Virus genome (UHGV): UHGV-0470999
Origin: a virus
Reading direction: 5' to 3' (one strand)
Length of the DNA: 44,302 nt
Part shown: in pieces, positions 20,039 to 28,784 of the stretch
Layout: every line of letters begins with the position of its first letter
Numbering within the stretch: position 1 is the stretch's first letter
Notes under the pieces: generated by a model
Told to the model about the DNA's origin: nothing
Database searches by the model: none
What the model saw: only the letters and a program-made list of their open reading frames with translations
Translations under genes and position numbers: made by a program

Positions 20039-20963
20039 TGCAGGGCGGGTGGTTGACCTGGCGGGGTATTACCCGGACTTCCTCCGGGATGTACGCGAAC
20101 TTAAGCTGATTGCACGGACGGAAGGGAAGGAGGTTGGGCGCCTATATGAAGAAATTGACGGATTGTGGGCAGGCGGCTTCATCCAGACGGCCACCATCCA
20201 GGGAATCAGGCGCTGGGAGTCCATCCTGGGGATAAGGCCTTATCCGGGGGACAGCCTGGGGGAGCGCAGGGCGGCGGTAATGTTAAAGTGGAACCAGCAG
20301 TTACCGTATACGATCCTAAGGCTGATGGAACGTCTTAATGCGGTACTGGGGGCTGATGGATATGGGCTGTATGTGCGCAATAAGGACTATGAATTGGAGC
20401 TGCAGGTAACCGACCAGCCTTACCGGACACTGCGCGAAGTGCAGGACATGACCCGGGATATGATCCCGGCCAACCTGCTGTTCATCTTTGCCGCCCTCTA
20501 TCCGGTAAGCATCCCTGTGGACATTGCGGCATCCAGCCGTCTGGAGCTGATGTCGGATTTTTACGCCCGGTACAACCGGGAATTACTGTATCTGGACGGG
20601 ACATGGCTACTGGACGGGACCTATCTGCTGAGTGGATACAAGGAGGACGTGGGGCTGGATGTGTACCCGGCCAGGCTGGCCATGACAGGGGGGTATGGTG
20701 TGCCCTGCGGAATCGGGGGTGGAACCACATCCACCGCATCCATCCGGGCGGCGCCGGATACAGAAACCGCCATACGGATACAGGGGACGGCGGAGGGACA
20801 TCCCGGGAGTGCCAGCCATCTGACCATATCAAGCGGGACGGAGGCAGGGCTGGACACCAGCGCCCACCTGCGGGTGGAGAACGACCTGTGGTACCTGGAT
20901 GGGACGTACCTGCTGGATGGCACGAAGTTATTGGATGCGGAGATATTTGAATACGACTTATAG
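20031..20963 (+). CDS. tail protein XkdU-like (DUF2313)
   Basis: 310 aa after baseplate J; YmfQ/XkdU-like N-terminus. Confidence 0.5.
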   Translation: MADAGRVVDLAGYYPDFLRDVRELKLIARTEGKEVGRLYEEIDGLWAGGFIQTATIQGIRRWESILGIRPYPGDSLGERRAAVMLKWNQQLPYTILRLMERLNAVLGADGYGLYVRNKDYELELQVTDQPYRTLREVQDMTRDMIPANLLFIFAALYPVSIPVDIAASSRLELMSDFYARYNRELLYLDGTWLLDGTYLLSGYKEDVGLDVYPARLAMTGGYGVPCGIGGGTTSTASIRAAPDTETAIRIQGTAEGHPGSASHLTISSGTEAGLDTSAHLRVENDLWYLDGTYLLDGTKLLDAEIFEYDL

Positions 20964-20981
20964 AAAGGAAGGTAAGGATAT

Positions 20982-21368
20982 ATGGCACAGGGAGTAATCA
21001 CGGAGATTGGGCGCAGGAAGCTGTGCAGGTCCCACGCAGGGGACCAGGCGCTTCCGGCTATCACACAGATGGCTTTCGGGTCTGGAGGGGTGGATGCAGA
21101 CGGAAACGTCATCGAAACCACGGGCACGGAGACAGCGCTGAAAACGGAGCTGCTGAAAAAGAACCTGGACAGCCACAAATACACGGATGATAAGGAAACG
21201 GCCTGCCGTTATACGGTAAGGCTGGGGAAGTCGGAACTGGCCAACCAGAACATATCAGAACAGGGACTATTTGATGCGGACGGTGACCTGATTGCATATA
21301 AGGCGTTCATGCCCAAGGGCAAGGATGATGACATGGAGTTCATCTTTGACATGGATGAAATATTTTAA
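20982..21368 (+). CDS. hypothetical tail/fibre-associated protein
   Basis: 128 aa upstream of fibre genes. Confidence 0.35.
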   Translation: MAQGVITEIGRRKLCRSHAGDQALPAITQMAFGSGGVDADGNVIETTGTETALKTELLKKNLDSHKYTDDKETACRYTVRLGKSELANQNISEQGLFDADGDLIAYKAFMPKGKDDDMEFIFDMDEIF

Positions 21369-21379
21369 GGAGGTATAGG

Positions 21380-21802
21380 ATGGCAGATTTATCTATAACA
21401 GACAACCCGGTGTTCAGCCCAACCATGGAGCAGATAACCAATAAGCACCGGGGGGCACCGGATACATTCAACTCCCGTTACCAGGTACTGCTGGATAATG
21501 ATAACCACCTGAAAAAGGTGACGGATCGTGCGGTGCACATTACTTCCGTCACCATCCCTGCATCCGGGTGGAGTGCCACAGCGCCCTATACGCAGACGGT
21601 AGCCGTGGAGGGGCTGACGGCGGGGGATAACCCGTTACTGGTCAGAGCCATCCCTGACGGGGCCACACCGGAACAGGTAAAGGCCTACAACAAGGCGTTC
21701 GGGATGATTGATGATGGGGATACGGTGGACGGTCAGGCCGTCTTCAAGTGCTACAATAAGAAACCCTCCATAGACATAACGGTGGGATTGAAAGGGGTGT
21801 GA
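21380..21802 (+). CDS. hypothetical phage tail-associated protein
   Basis: 140 aa ORF with RBS AAGGAGG. Confidence 0.35.
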   Translation: MADLSITDNPVFSPTMEQITNKHRGAPDTFNSRYQVLLDNDNHLKKVTDRAVHITSVTIPASGWSATAPYTQTVAVEGLTAGDNPLLVRAIPDGATPEQVKAYNKAFGMIDDGDTVDGQAVFKCYNKKPSIDITVGLKGV

Positions 21803-21806
21803 CACG

Positions 21807-23018
21807 ATGGGGAATATAGCAACATCAGGAGGTGCCGGAGGCGGCACGGGGAGTGATGAGTGTACGGCAGTACTCGCCCATGTATTGGCAGGAGAGACTG
21901 CCGTGACATCGGACAGCGGGGACGAACCCAGGCCGGGTACGATGACCGTAAACAGCTTACTGTCTTTTAGCTGTGCCGCCTATTCTGGCCGGAGGGTGCT
22001 GGCAAAATGGCAGAATCCAAGGGCGGCAATTGGGAAACCATACAGCGGTGTGTACATCCGTTACAGTACCGGCGGATACCCTGGAAAGACCGGGGGGACG
22101 CAGATATATAAGGGGGCCGGTAACAATGCGGCGTCTGAAGGGCAGTCACAGACATATCTGGACCTGCCTGCCCTGAACACAACCTACTACCTGAGTATAT
22201 ACCCATATGTGACCTGCAACGCCGGAGAAATGACAGGAGGAGTGATTAACACATCCGTCAAAACAGCAGCACAGCTTATCCTGACCATAAAGGGGACACA
22301 GAACTATACCATACCAATAGGATACAGTCAGGCTGATATATTCTGTGTTGGCGGAGGCGGGGCTGGCTCGTTTGGTAATTATGATGCCCCGAACGGAGTA
22401 GGCGGAGGCGGCGGAGGTGCGGGATATACAGCTACCGCAAACAACATTGCTATTTCTGCGGGTCAGGTTCTTTCCTGCATGGTTGGAGCAGGAGGCGAAA
22501 AGGAGTATACTTACATACCAAAACCCGGAGCAGCATCATCCGTAAGCAGGAATGGAATCACATTAATTACTGCAAATGGAGGGGGAATATACAGTACTAC
22601 AAGCAATTCGAATGAAAATACAGTAGGAGGACCTGGAGGTTCAGGAGGAGGCGCAGGTGGATATAAAGGCGGGAGCAGTTGGATAGCCGGATATCCAGGC
22701 GGGGCTGATGGCAGCAATGGAGGTCAATATTATTTTGATGCAGGGGCAGGCCAGGGGAGGACCACAAGGGCCTTTGGTGAGGCGAACGGGACACTGTATG
22801 CCGGAGGCGGGGGCGGGGGGACCGGTAGCAATGGCGCTGGTTATGGAGCCGGAGGTGCCGGAGGCGGAGGTACAGGTGGGGCCTGGTTCAGTAATGGAGG
22901 AAATGCATCAGCCAATACTGGAGGCGGGGGAGGCGGGGCCGGAGGGACAAGCAACAATACCACGCATACCTCAGGAGGAAATGGTGGTTCAGGGTTAATA
23001 TTAATCAGACTAAAATAA
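21807..23018 (+). CDS. glycine-rich tail fibre protein, paralog 1 (no homopolymer tract)
   Basis: Conserved ~170-aa domain (GTMTVNSLLSFSCAAYSGRRVLAKWQNP...) + (GGX)n region + conserved C-terminus GGSGLILIRLK shared with two downstream paralogs. Confidence 0.7.
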   Translation: MGNIATSGGAGGGTGSDECTAVLAHVLAGETAVTSDSGDEPRPGTMTVNSLLSFSCAAYSGRRVLAKWQNPRAAIGKPYSGVYIRYSTGGYPGKTGGTQIYKGAGNNAASEGQSQTYLDLPALNTTYYLSIYPYVTCNAGEMTGGVINTSVKTAAQLILTIKGTQNYTIPIGYSQADIFCVGGGGAGSFGNYDAPNGVGGGGGGAGYTATANNIAISAGQVLSCMVGAGGEKEYTYIPKPGAASSVSRNGITLITANGGGIYSTTSNSNENTVGGPGGSGGGAGGYKGGSSWIAGYPGGADGSNGGQYYFDAGAGQGRTTRAFGEANGTLYAGGGGGGTGSNGAGYGAGGAGGGGTGGAWFSNGGNASANTGGGGGGAGGTSNNTTHTSGGNGGSGLILIRLK

Positions 23019-23029
23019 AGGAGATTGAC

Positions 23030-23356
23030 ATGATAGCACATGAAGTATTTGCAATGATTGCAGACAATACGGTACAGAACGTATGCGTGGGGGACAGCTA
23101 TGAAGAAGCAAACCGTGTAGCAAGAGCGGTGTACGGAGATGACGCCGCGGCAGTGGATTGCCTGCAATATCCTTGTGCAAAGGGAGACAGATATATTAAT
23201 GGGGTATTTTATAAACCGGATGGAGTGACGCCGATTGAGTACATACCAACCCAGGAACAACAGATACAGCAGCTTTGGGCGGAGAATATGATGTTGAAGC
23301 AGGAAAGCCAGGAAATGACATTGGCTTTGGCTGACATGATAGGGGGTGCAATATAA
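23030..23356 (+). CDS. XkdW-like protein
   Basis: 108 aa directly after fibre gene, PBSX xkdV-W-X arrangement. Confidence 0.4.
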   Translation: MIAHEVFAMIADNTVQNVCVGDSYEEANRVARAVYGDDAAAVDCLQYPCAKGDRYINGVFYKPDGVTPIEYIPTQEQQIQQLWAENMMLKQESQEMTLALADMIGGAI

Positions 23357-23511
23357 TGTTATCCACCATACAGAAAAATATTATCATACGTGCCTTGCGC
23401 ATCAGGCAGGAGGCGGGGGAACAGCCGGAGAAAGTATTGACAGGATACAAGAATCTGTCAGAGGAGGAAAAGACGGAGATACTGGCAATCGTGGTCCAGG
23501 GAAAGGAGTAA
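23356..23511 (+). CDS. XkdX-like small protein (51 aa)
   Basis: MLSTIQKNIIIRALRIRQEAGEQPEKVLTGYKNLSEEEKTEILAIVVQGKE; overlaps stop of previous gene (TAATG); not in ORF track; the listed ORF 23346-24677 N-terminus is this region in another frame. Confidence 0.35.
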   Translation: MLSTIQKNIIIRALRIRQEAGEQPEKVLTGYKNLSEEEKTEILAIVVQGKE

Positions 23512-23514
23512 GGC

Positions 23515-24677
23515 ATGGGAAAGATTTATGTTACCCCAAACGGGGGGGGGGTGGATTGAATCCAGAGGATTTGAATACCACACCAGATAAGGTTCTGGCA
23601 CCGTATATATTCGGAGGAAAGGATTCAGACGAACCTCAGGTAGGGACCATGACAGTAAACAGCCTGCTGTCTTTTAACTGTGCCGCCTTTTCTGGCAGAC
23701 GGATATTAGCGAAATGGCAGAATCCAAAGGCGGCGAAGGGAAAACCCTATAGTGGGGTATATATAAGATACAGTACAAGCGGATATCCAGGAAAGACCGG
23801 AGGGACACAGATATACAAAGGGGCTGGCAGCAATACGTCCTCGGAAGGGCAGTCACAGACATATCTGGACCTTCCTAATCTCAATACCACATATTACCTA
23901 AGCTGTTATCCATATGTGACATGCAGCGCAGGAGAGATGACAGGGACGGCAATCAATGCCACTGTTAAGACATCCGACCAGATTAGTGTGACAATTAAAG
24001 GCACCCAGACATACACCATACCAGCGGGATTCAACAGAATGGATGCGTTTGCAGTAGGTGGCGGAGGCGCTGGTGCAACCTCTGATTATAGCGAAAAGAC
24101 TACAGGAGGCGGCGGTGGTGGTGGATATACTGCCTCACTTAAAGATGTCTCCATAATCCCAGGCCAAGTGCTGGCATGTACGGTAGGGAGCGGTGGTACA
24201 AGTGCTGGAAGCGGAACAATCAACGGAGGAAATACCATAATCTCCAGAAACGGAACCACATTACTAGCCGCGAACGGGGGAAACGGGATATACCGAAATT
24301 ATTATGGGGGAAATGGAGGCTCTGGAGGAGGAAGAGGAGGAACCACAACCGGAAACGGAAACACGGGAGGCTCAAACGGAGGAAGTGGAGGAGGAACCAA
24401 TGGCGGAAGAGGACAAGGCACCACAACCAGGGCATTCGGGGAAACATCAGGGACCTTGTATGCCGGAGGTGGAGGCGGAGGTGGAGGTAGCAACGGCTCT
24501 GGTGGCCCAGGAGGTGCCGGAGGTGGAGGTGCTGGAGGCGGGGGAAACAGTAATGGTTCTAATGCCGCAGCCAATACTGGAGGGGGTGGAGGAGGCGGAG
24601 GAAGATTTAACTATGGGGGATATGAAGGGGCCGGAGGTTCAGGTGGTTCAGGAATAATATTGTTAAGATTAAAATAA
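23515..24677 (+). CDS. glycine-rich tail fibre protein, paralog 2; out of frame at a G10 tract (phase OFF as sequenced; G11 would restore the full ORF)
   Basis: ATG 23515 MGKIYVTPNGGG then stop at 23557-59; +1 G gives MGKIYVTPNGGGGGLNPEDL... joining the long ORF ending 24677; homologous to paralogs 1 and 3. Confidence 0.6.
23542..23551 (+). repeat. poly-G homopolymer tract (G10) in 5' coding region of fibre paralog 2
   Basis: 10 consecutive G read directly. Confidence 0.9.
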
Positions 24678-24695
24678 GAAAGGAAGCAACAAACA

Positions 24696-25874
24696 ATGGG
24701 AAAAATCCTTATATATCAGGCAGGGGGGGGGGGCTTAACATCCGAGGATGTGACACAGGTTAAGGCCCATGTACTTGAAGGTGAAACCGCCCTTACATCG
24801 GACAGTGACGATGAGGTAGTAACAGGAACCATGACCGTGAACAGCTTACTGTCTTTTAGCGTTGCCGCCTATTCTGGCAGGCGGGTCTTAGCCAAGTGGC
24901 AGAATCCAAAGGCGGCAATTGGGAAGCCATATAGTGGTGTATACATCCGCTACGGTACCAGTGGATATCCGGGAAAAGCTGGAGGGACACAGATATACAA
25001 AGGAGCTGGCAACAATACATCGTCAGAGGGGCAGTCGCAGGTATATCTGGACCTGCCTAATCTCAATACTACGTATTATTTAAGCTGCATACCTTATGTG
25101 ACATGCAGTGCAGGGGAGATGACGGGGGAGGCCAGAAATGCAACTGTTAAGACATCGGCACAGATTAACCTGACCATAAAGGGAACACAGAATTATACAA
25201 TCCCAACAGGGTATAGCAAGGCTGATATCTTTGCAGTAGGAGGAGGCGGAGGTGGTGGTGACAGCAGCTACTCCAGCGGCTATAGCGGCGGTGGTGGCGG
25301 CGGCGGTTATACGAAAACGGTTAAAAATATTGCGGTATCATCCGGGCAAGTACTAAACGTTATTGTAGGGGCAGGTGGTCCACACGGGGATAAAGGAAAA
25401 ACTGGGAATCCGTCAACCGTGATGAGAAACAACATCACCCTTATATCGGCAGCGGGAGGAAACTGCGTTGGATTCGGCTCTATGGACGGTGGGGATGGTG
25501 GCTCTGGAGGCGGGCAGGGTGCAGCACTGCGAGTGGAAGCGGTGAATGGAAGTGCTGGTGCTTCTGATGGAGCAGATGGATCCAAGATGTTTGATGGAAA
25601 AGGGCAGGGAACAACTACCCGCGCATTTGGAGAATCATCGGGAACCCTATATGCAGGAGGAGGTGGTGGAGGTGCTGCTGGCCGTGGTGGTGGAAGCGTC
25701 GGAGGCCCAGGGGGTGCCGGAGGAGGAGGCGCGGGAGGAGGCACATATGAAACAGGACTAGCAGGAGCAGCCAATACTGGAGGAGGTGGTGGAGGAGGTG
25801 GATATACGAGGAATAGTACATCATATGCCGGAGGAAATGGAGGTTCTGGCATTGTATTAATTAGATTATATTAG
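24696..25874 (+). CDS. glycine-rich tail fibre protein, paralog 3; in frame through a G11 tract (phase ON)
   Basis: MGKILIYQAGGGGLTSED... G11 tract at 24723-24733 encodes GGGG; same domain architecture and C-terminus GGSGIVLIRLY. Confidence 0.7.
   Translation: MGKILIYQAGGGGLTSEDVTQVKAHVLEGETALTSDSDDEVVTGTMTVNSLLSFSVAAYSGRRVLAKWQNPKAAIGKPYSGVYIRYGTSGYPGKAGGTQIYKGAGNNTSSEGQSQVYLDLPNLNTTYYLSCIPYVTCSAGEMTGEARNATVKTSAQINLTIKGTQNYTIPTGYSKADIFAVGGGGGGGDSSYSSGYSGGGGGGGYTKTVKNIAVSSGQVLNVIVGAGGPHGDKGKTGNPSTVMRNNITLISAAGGNCVGFGSMDGGDGGSGGGQGAALRVEAVNGSAGASDGADGSKMFDGKGQGTTTRAFGESSGTLYAGGGGGGAAGRGGGSVGGPGGAGGGGAGGGTYETGLAGAANTGGGGGGGGYTRNSTSYAGGNGGSGIVLIRLY
24723..24733 (+). repeat. poly-G homopolymer tract (G11) in 5' coding region of fibre paralog 3
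   Basis: 11 consecutive G read directly. Confidence 0.9.
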
Positions 25875-25887
25875 GAAGGTGAGGTAT

Positions 25888-26346
25888 ATGAAGATGAAGT
25901 TTTTGGATAAGTGTAATGCAACCTACGGAGCAGTAGTGACAATCCTTGTAGCCATACTGGGGCCATATTGGTACATATTTGCGGGATACCTGCTCTTCAA
26001 TGTCCTGGATTGGTTGACGGGATGGTATAAGGCCAGGAAGTTAGGGAGGGAATCAAGTAAGACTGGATTGAAGGGTATCCTGAAAAAGCTAGGCTACTGG
26101 GTAATCATCCTAGTGTCCTTCCTGATGCCGAAATTATTCATCGGATTAGGTCATGACATCCTGGGATTTAACCTGGATTTCCTGCTGCTTTTAGGTTGGT
26201 TCACGCTGGCCTGCCTATTAGTCAACGAAATCCGTAGCATACTGGAAAACCTGGTTGAGTGTGGCTATGATGTGCCAGCCTTTTTGATTAAGGGGTTGGA
26301 GGTAACAGAAAAGCTTATTAATGCAGAGACCGAGAAGGTCAACTAA
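25888..26346 (+). CDS. holin (phage_holin_4_1 / TcdE-like family)
   Basis: ~150 aa with three hydrophobic segments, position upstream of endolysin. Confidence 0.65.
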   Translation: MKMKFLDKCNATYGAVVTILVAILGPYWYIFAGYLLFNVLDWLTGWYKARKLGRESSKTGLKGILKKLGYWVIILVSFLMPKLFIGLGHDILGFNLDFLLLLGWFTLACLLVNEIRSILENLVECGYDVPAFLIKGLEVTEKLINAETEKVN

Positions 26347-26362
26347 GAAAGAGAGGTATATC

Positions 26363-26557
26363 ATGTCGGTAGTAACAAATAAACACGCAGCAGACCTTAA
26401 CAGGGACAGGACATCTGGCCCAGACTTTGTCCCAAAACAGCCCACCCCGTACCTATATGATGCACCCACGGATGCACCACACCCAGGTAAGCACCAGAGC
26501 GGTGTTGGCGGCCCCAGTGACCGCGATAATAATGGAGTGGACGATAGCGAAGATTAG
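26363..26557 (+). CDS. small acidic hypothetical protein between holin and endolysin
   Basis: 64-aa ORF with RBS GAGAGG. Confidence 0.3.
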   Translation: MSVVTNKHAADLNRDRTSGPDFVPKQPTPYLYDAPTDAPHPGKHQSGVGGPSDRDNNGVDDSED

Positions 26558-26638
26558 TTGCGACACTGCAACAGTGGAACCGGTACAACTATTGGCCTGG
26601 GGGTATCCTTGGGCCTGATTTCGAGTGGAGGTATTATT

Positions 26639-27379
26639 ATGAGAGACATTACATTATGCCATCCTCGCCTGCAACTGCTGGCCATCCGGCTGGTTGAGGA
26701 ATGTAACAAGCAAGGACTGCATATTAAGATAGGCGAGACCCTACGCACCACGGCAGAGCAGGACGCCCTATATGCCCAGGGACGCACCAAGCCAGGCAGT
26801 ATTGTGACCAATGCATCCGGAATCAGCTACAGTTCTTACCATCAATGGGGCACTGCATTCGACATTTTCAGGAATGACGGCGCTGGCGCCTATAATGAGT
26901 CTGACCGTTTCTTCCAACGGGTCGGGGTCATCGGCGTGGCCCTGGGCCTGGAATGGGGCGGGGACTGGAAATCCATCGTGGACATGCCGCATTTCCAGCT
27001 TCCGGACTGGGGGAGCAGCACGTCCGGGATTAAAAAGATATACGCCAATCCGGAGGCGTTCATGAAGACCTGGACTGTGGAGGAACGGACCGGATGGATT
27101 AAGGACAGCAACGGCTGGTGGTACCGCAGGCCGGATGGGACTTATCCGGCCAATGCCTGGCACATCATCAATCACCACTGGTATCTGTTCAACCGCAACG
27201 GCTATGCCTGCACCAGCTGGCACCGCTGGAATGGCAGCGTGTGCGACCCGGAGGACGGCTCTGGTGACTGGTACTATTTCGACCCGACCCCGGATGGGCC
27301 GCTGGAGGGCGCCTGCTGGCATAGCAGGAACAACGGGGCGCAGGGGGTATGGTACGTGGACGCCCTGGATAGTATATAA
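26639..27379 (+). CDS. endolysin: VanY/M15-family peptidase domain + C-terminal cell-wall-binding repeats
   Basis: SYHQWGTAFDI (SxHxxGxAxD of M15), C-terminal GWWYRRPDGTY...GDWYYFDP repeats (CW_binding_1-like); GGAGGT RBS before ATG 26639. Confidence 0.75.
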   Translation: MRDITLCHPRLQLLAIRLVEECNKQGLHIKIGETLRTTAEQDALYAQGRTKPGSIVTNASGISYSSYHQWGTAFDIFRNDGAGAYNESDRFFQRVGVIGVALGLEWGGDWKSIVDMPHFQLPDWGSSTSGIKKIYANPEAFMKTWTVEERTGWIKDSNGWWYRRPDGTYPANAWHIINHHWYLFNRNGYACTSWHRWNGSVCDPEDGSGDWYYFDPTPDGPLEGACWHSRNNGAQGVWYVDALDSI

Positions 27380-27420
27380 AAAGCGGCGGGGAATGCCCCG
27401 CCTGTCATCATAATTTTTCA
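27380..27420. terminator. bidirectional rho-independent terminator (GGCGGGG aatg CCCCGCC) between endolysin and convergent Spo0A_C gene
   Basis: 7-bp GC stem with T-runs on both strands. Confidence 0.55.
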
Positions 27421-27752
27421 TATTGATTTGATATATAATGCGATACGGCATCAATAAATTCACCATTTCGTGGTTTCTGAGTAAGTTCATAGCCAAAGAT
27501 TGAGTTTAATAAATTTCTATCCCCACGGTTCCATATTTTATGTATAACAGTTCGCATATCTCGTTCCACACATCCTGTTGTTGTATGGTATTTGGTGGCA
27601 ATTTCCACATACAAGCCTTTGGAGATATAAGTAATTAAATCTGGATTGTGAATATTGAGTGTAACGCCATAGGCGATATAGCTGAAACCTATGTAAGAAT
27701 TGTTCACACCCAATTTGCGTAGTATTTGAGCAGCTTTTCTTTCGTAAGTCAT
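27408..27752 (-). CDS. stand-alone Spo0A C-terminal DNA-binding domain protein (Spo0A_C homolog without receiver domain)
   Basis: Aligns with B. subtilis Spo0A C-domain: LGV..GY.Y, LYVEIATKYHTTTGCVERDMRTVIHKIWNRGD, IFGYELTQKPRNGEFIDAV versus [32 protein letters not shown]...[29 protein letters not shown] RBS. Confidence 0.7.
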   Translation of the reverse strand: MTYERKAAQILRKLGVNNSYIGFSYIAYGVTLNIHNPDLITYISKGLYVEIATKYHTTTGCVERDMRTVIHKIWNRGDRNLLNSIFGYELTQKPRNGEFIDAVSHYISNQYEKL

Positions 27753-27866
27753 AGTAGTCCTCCTTAAGTTATCAATACATATATTAAACGCATATAGGCG
27801 GCAAATGTTAACAAAAATTAGACGACAAAATACGACTTTTTATGGTGATAAATAGTGTATAATAGA

Positions 27867-27899
27867 ATAAAAAAAATACGGCGATTGCATTGCCGTACT
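27867..27899 (-). terminator. rho-independent terminator for XRE gene (GTACGGC aatgcaat CGCCGTA + T8)
   Basis: Read on minus strand directly after stop of 27898-28122 gene. Confidence 0.5.
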
Positions 27900-28122
27900 A
27901 CTTGCTTGGAAAATGTGACTTGATATTAGAACATCCGCATATATAGTCCATGCTGACATCATAAAGCCGCGCAAGTATTATGATGGAGTCAAGCGGGATT
28001 CTGGTCTTACCCAGTTCATAATCCGCATATGTCCTCTGGCCTACGTGCAGGATACTGGCAATGTATGTCTGTGTATACTCGTGGTCCTCTCTTAATGCTC
28101 TAATTCTTTTCGTATAATGCAT
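27898..28122 (-). CDS. XRE-family helix-turn-helix transcriptional regulator (74 aa)
   Basis: RIRALREDHEYTQTYIASILHVGQRTYADYELGKTRIPLDSIIILARLY is a classic XRE HTH; GGAGGTGGAGG RBS 6 nt before ATG 28122. Confidence 0.7.
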   Translation of the reverse strand: MHYTKRIRALREDHEYTQTYIASILHVGQRTYADYELGKTRIPLDSIIILARLYDVSMDYICGCSNIKSHFPSK

Positions 28123-28138
28123 GATATACCTCCACCTC

Positions 28139-28217
28139 CATTCCACATATTGTACATTAGAGCTATATACTCTATTGACTTTTAGAGTTATAAACTCTAA
28201 TATTAATATGTGGAATG
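28139..28217. promoter_or_regulatory. divergent control region: 13-bp inverted repeat CATTCCACATATT/AATATGTGGAATG flanking two 17-bp operators TAGAG-N7-CTCTA and a sigma-A promoter (TTGACT 28175-80, 17-nt spacer, TAATAT 28198-203) for the + strand small ORF
   Basis: All motifs read directly; operator 2 lies in the -35/-10 spacer. Confidence 0.5.
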
Positions 28218-28233
28218 AAGGAGGGGGTTAATC

Positions 28234-28392
28234 ATGAGACAAAGGAAAAAATTTAGTGACGAACAATTACTTCAAGAATTCTACCTTGCCCAAAGGGTAC
28301 CAGATAAGGACGTGCCAAAGCCAAAACCAGATGAATTTAAACGAATTTGGGAGAGGATACAAAGCGGAAAAGAAAAGAAGTCGGCTGAATAA
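28234..28392 (+). CDS. small hypothetical protein (52 aa), divergent from XRE regulator
   Basis: MRQRKKFSDEQLLQEFYLAQRVPDKDVPKPKPDEFKRIWERIQSGKEKKSAE; GGAGGGGG RBS. Confidence 0.35.
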   Translation: MRQRKKFSDEQLLQEFYLAQRVPDKDVPKPKPDEFKRIWERIQSGKEKKSAE

Positions 28393-28393
28393 A

Positions 28394-28436
28394 TAAAAAA
28401 AGGTGACGACCCTCAATTGGCTAGTCACCTTTTAAC
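28394..28436. terminator. bidirectional terminator (A-run GGTGAC ... GTCACC T-run)
   Basis: 6-bp stem flanked by A7 and T4 between convergent genes. Confidence 0.45.
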
Positions 28437-28453
28437 TTTACCTTGTTTGAACT

Positions 28454-28708
28454 TTATATGTCCAACATGAGCCTAGAAGCGATTCGGAAACCTTGCACAA
28501 AGCCATCCTCCCGAGCGCTTGTTGCAATAATGTCTTGTTGTTCAATGTAATTTTTAAAGTCTTTCAGAAATTCTGGCGGTAATCTTTGACACAGTTCATC
28601 TTTTAGCAATTCCGCTTGAGTCATTGCGTTGACATATTCGGCAGAGTCTATGTCTGCAATCTCATCATCTTGTAACATGTCAAACCTTCGGTAAATTTCT
28701 CTTATCAT
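28454..28708 (-). CDS. hypothetical acidic protein (84 aa)
   Basis: ORF with AAAGGAGA RBS; adjacent to candidate attP. Confidence 0.35.
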   Translation of the reverse strand: MIREIYRRFDMLQDDEIADIDSAEYVNAMTQAELLKDELCQRLPPEFLKDFKNYIEQQDIIATSAREDGFVQGFRIASRLMLDI

Positions 28709-28784
28709 TTGTAAATCTCCTTTTTAATATATTATATATAAGGATGGATATTTCCTATTATTAGATAGATTCATATTAGACGGT

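Noticed and set aside
23346-23514. N-terminal 56 codons of the listed ORF 23346-24677
   Set aside because: This part of the frame is just the XkdX-like gene read in another frame. Fibre paralog 2 starts at ATG 23515 (homologous MGKI... start, as in paralog 3) and reaches this frame only if the G tract is 11 long.
24302-24574. Proline-rich minus-strand ORFs (24302-24574, 25307-25852, 22511-22717, 22841-23260)
   Set aside because: They are the reverse complement of the (GGN)n glycine-rich coding repeats of the fibre genes. CCN codons on the antisense strand are expected there, so these are artefacts.
26558-26638. Possible N-terminal extension of the endolysin (TTG 26558, hydrophobic Gly/Ser-rich TIGLGVSLGLISSGGII resembling a SAR or signal segment)
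   Set aside because: No convincing RBS before 26558, whereas GGAGGT precedes ATG 26639. Kept as a low-probability alternative start rather than a claimed SAR endolysin.
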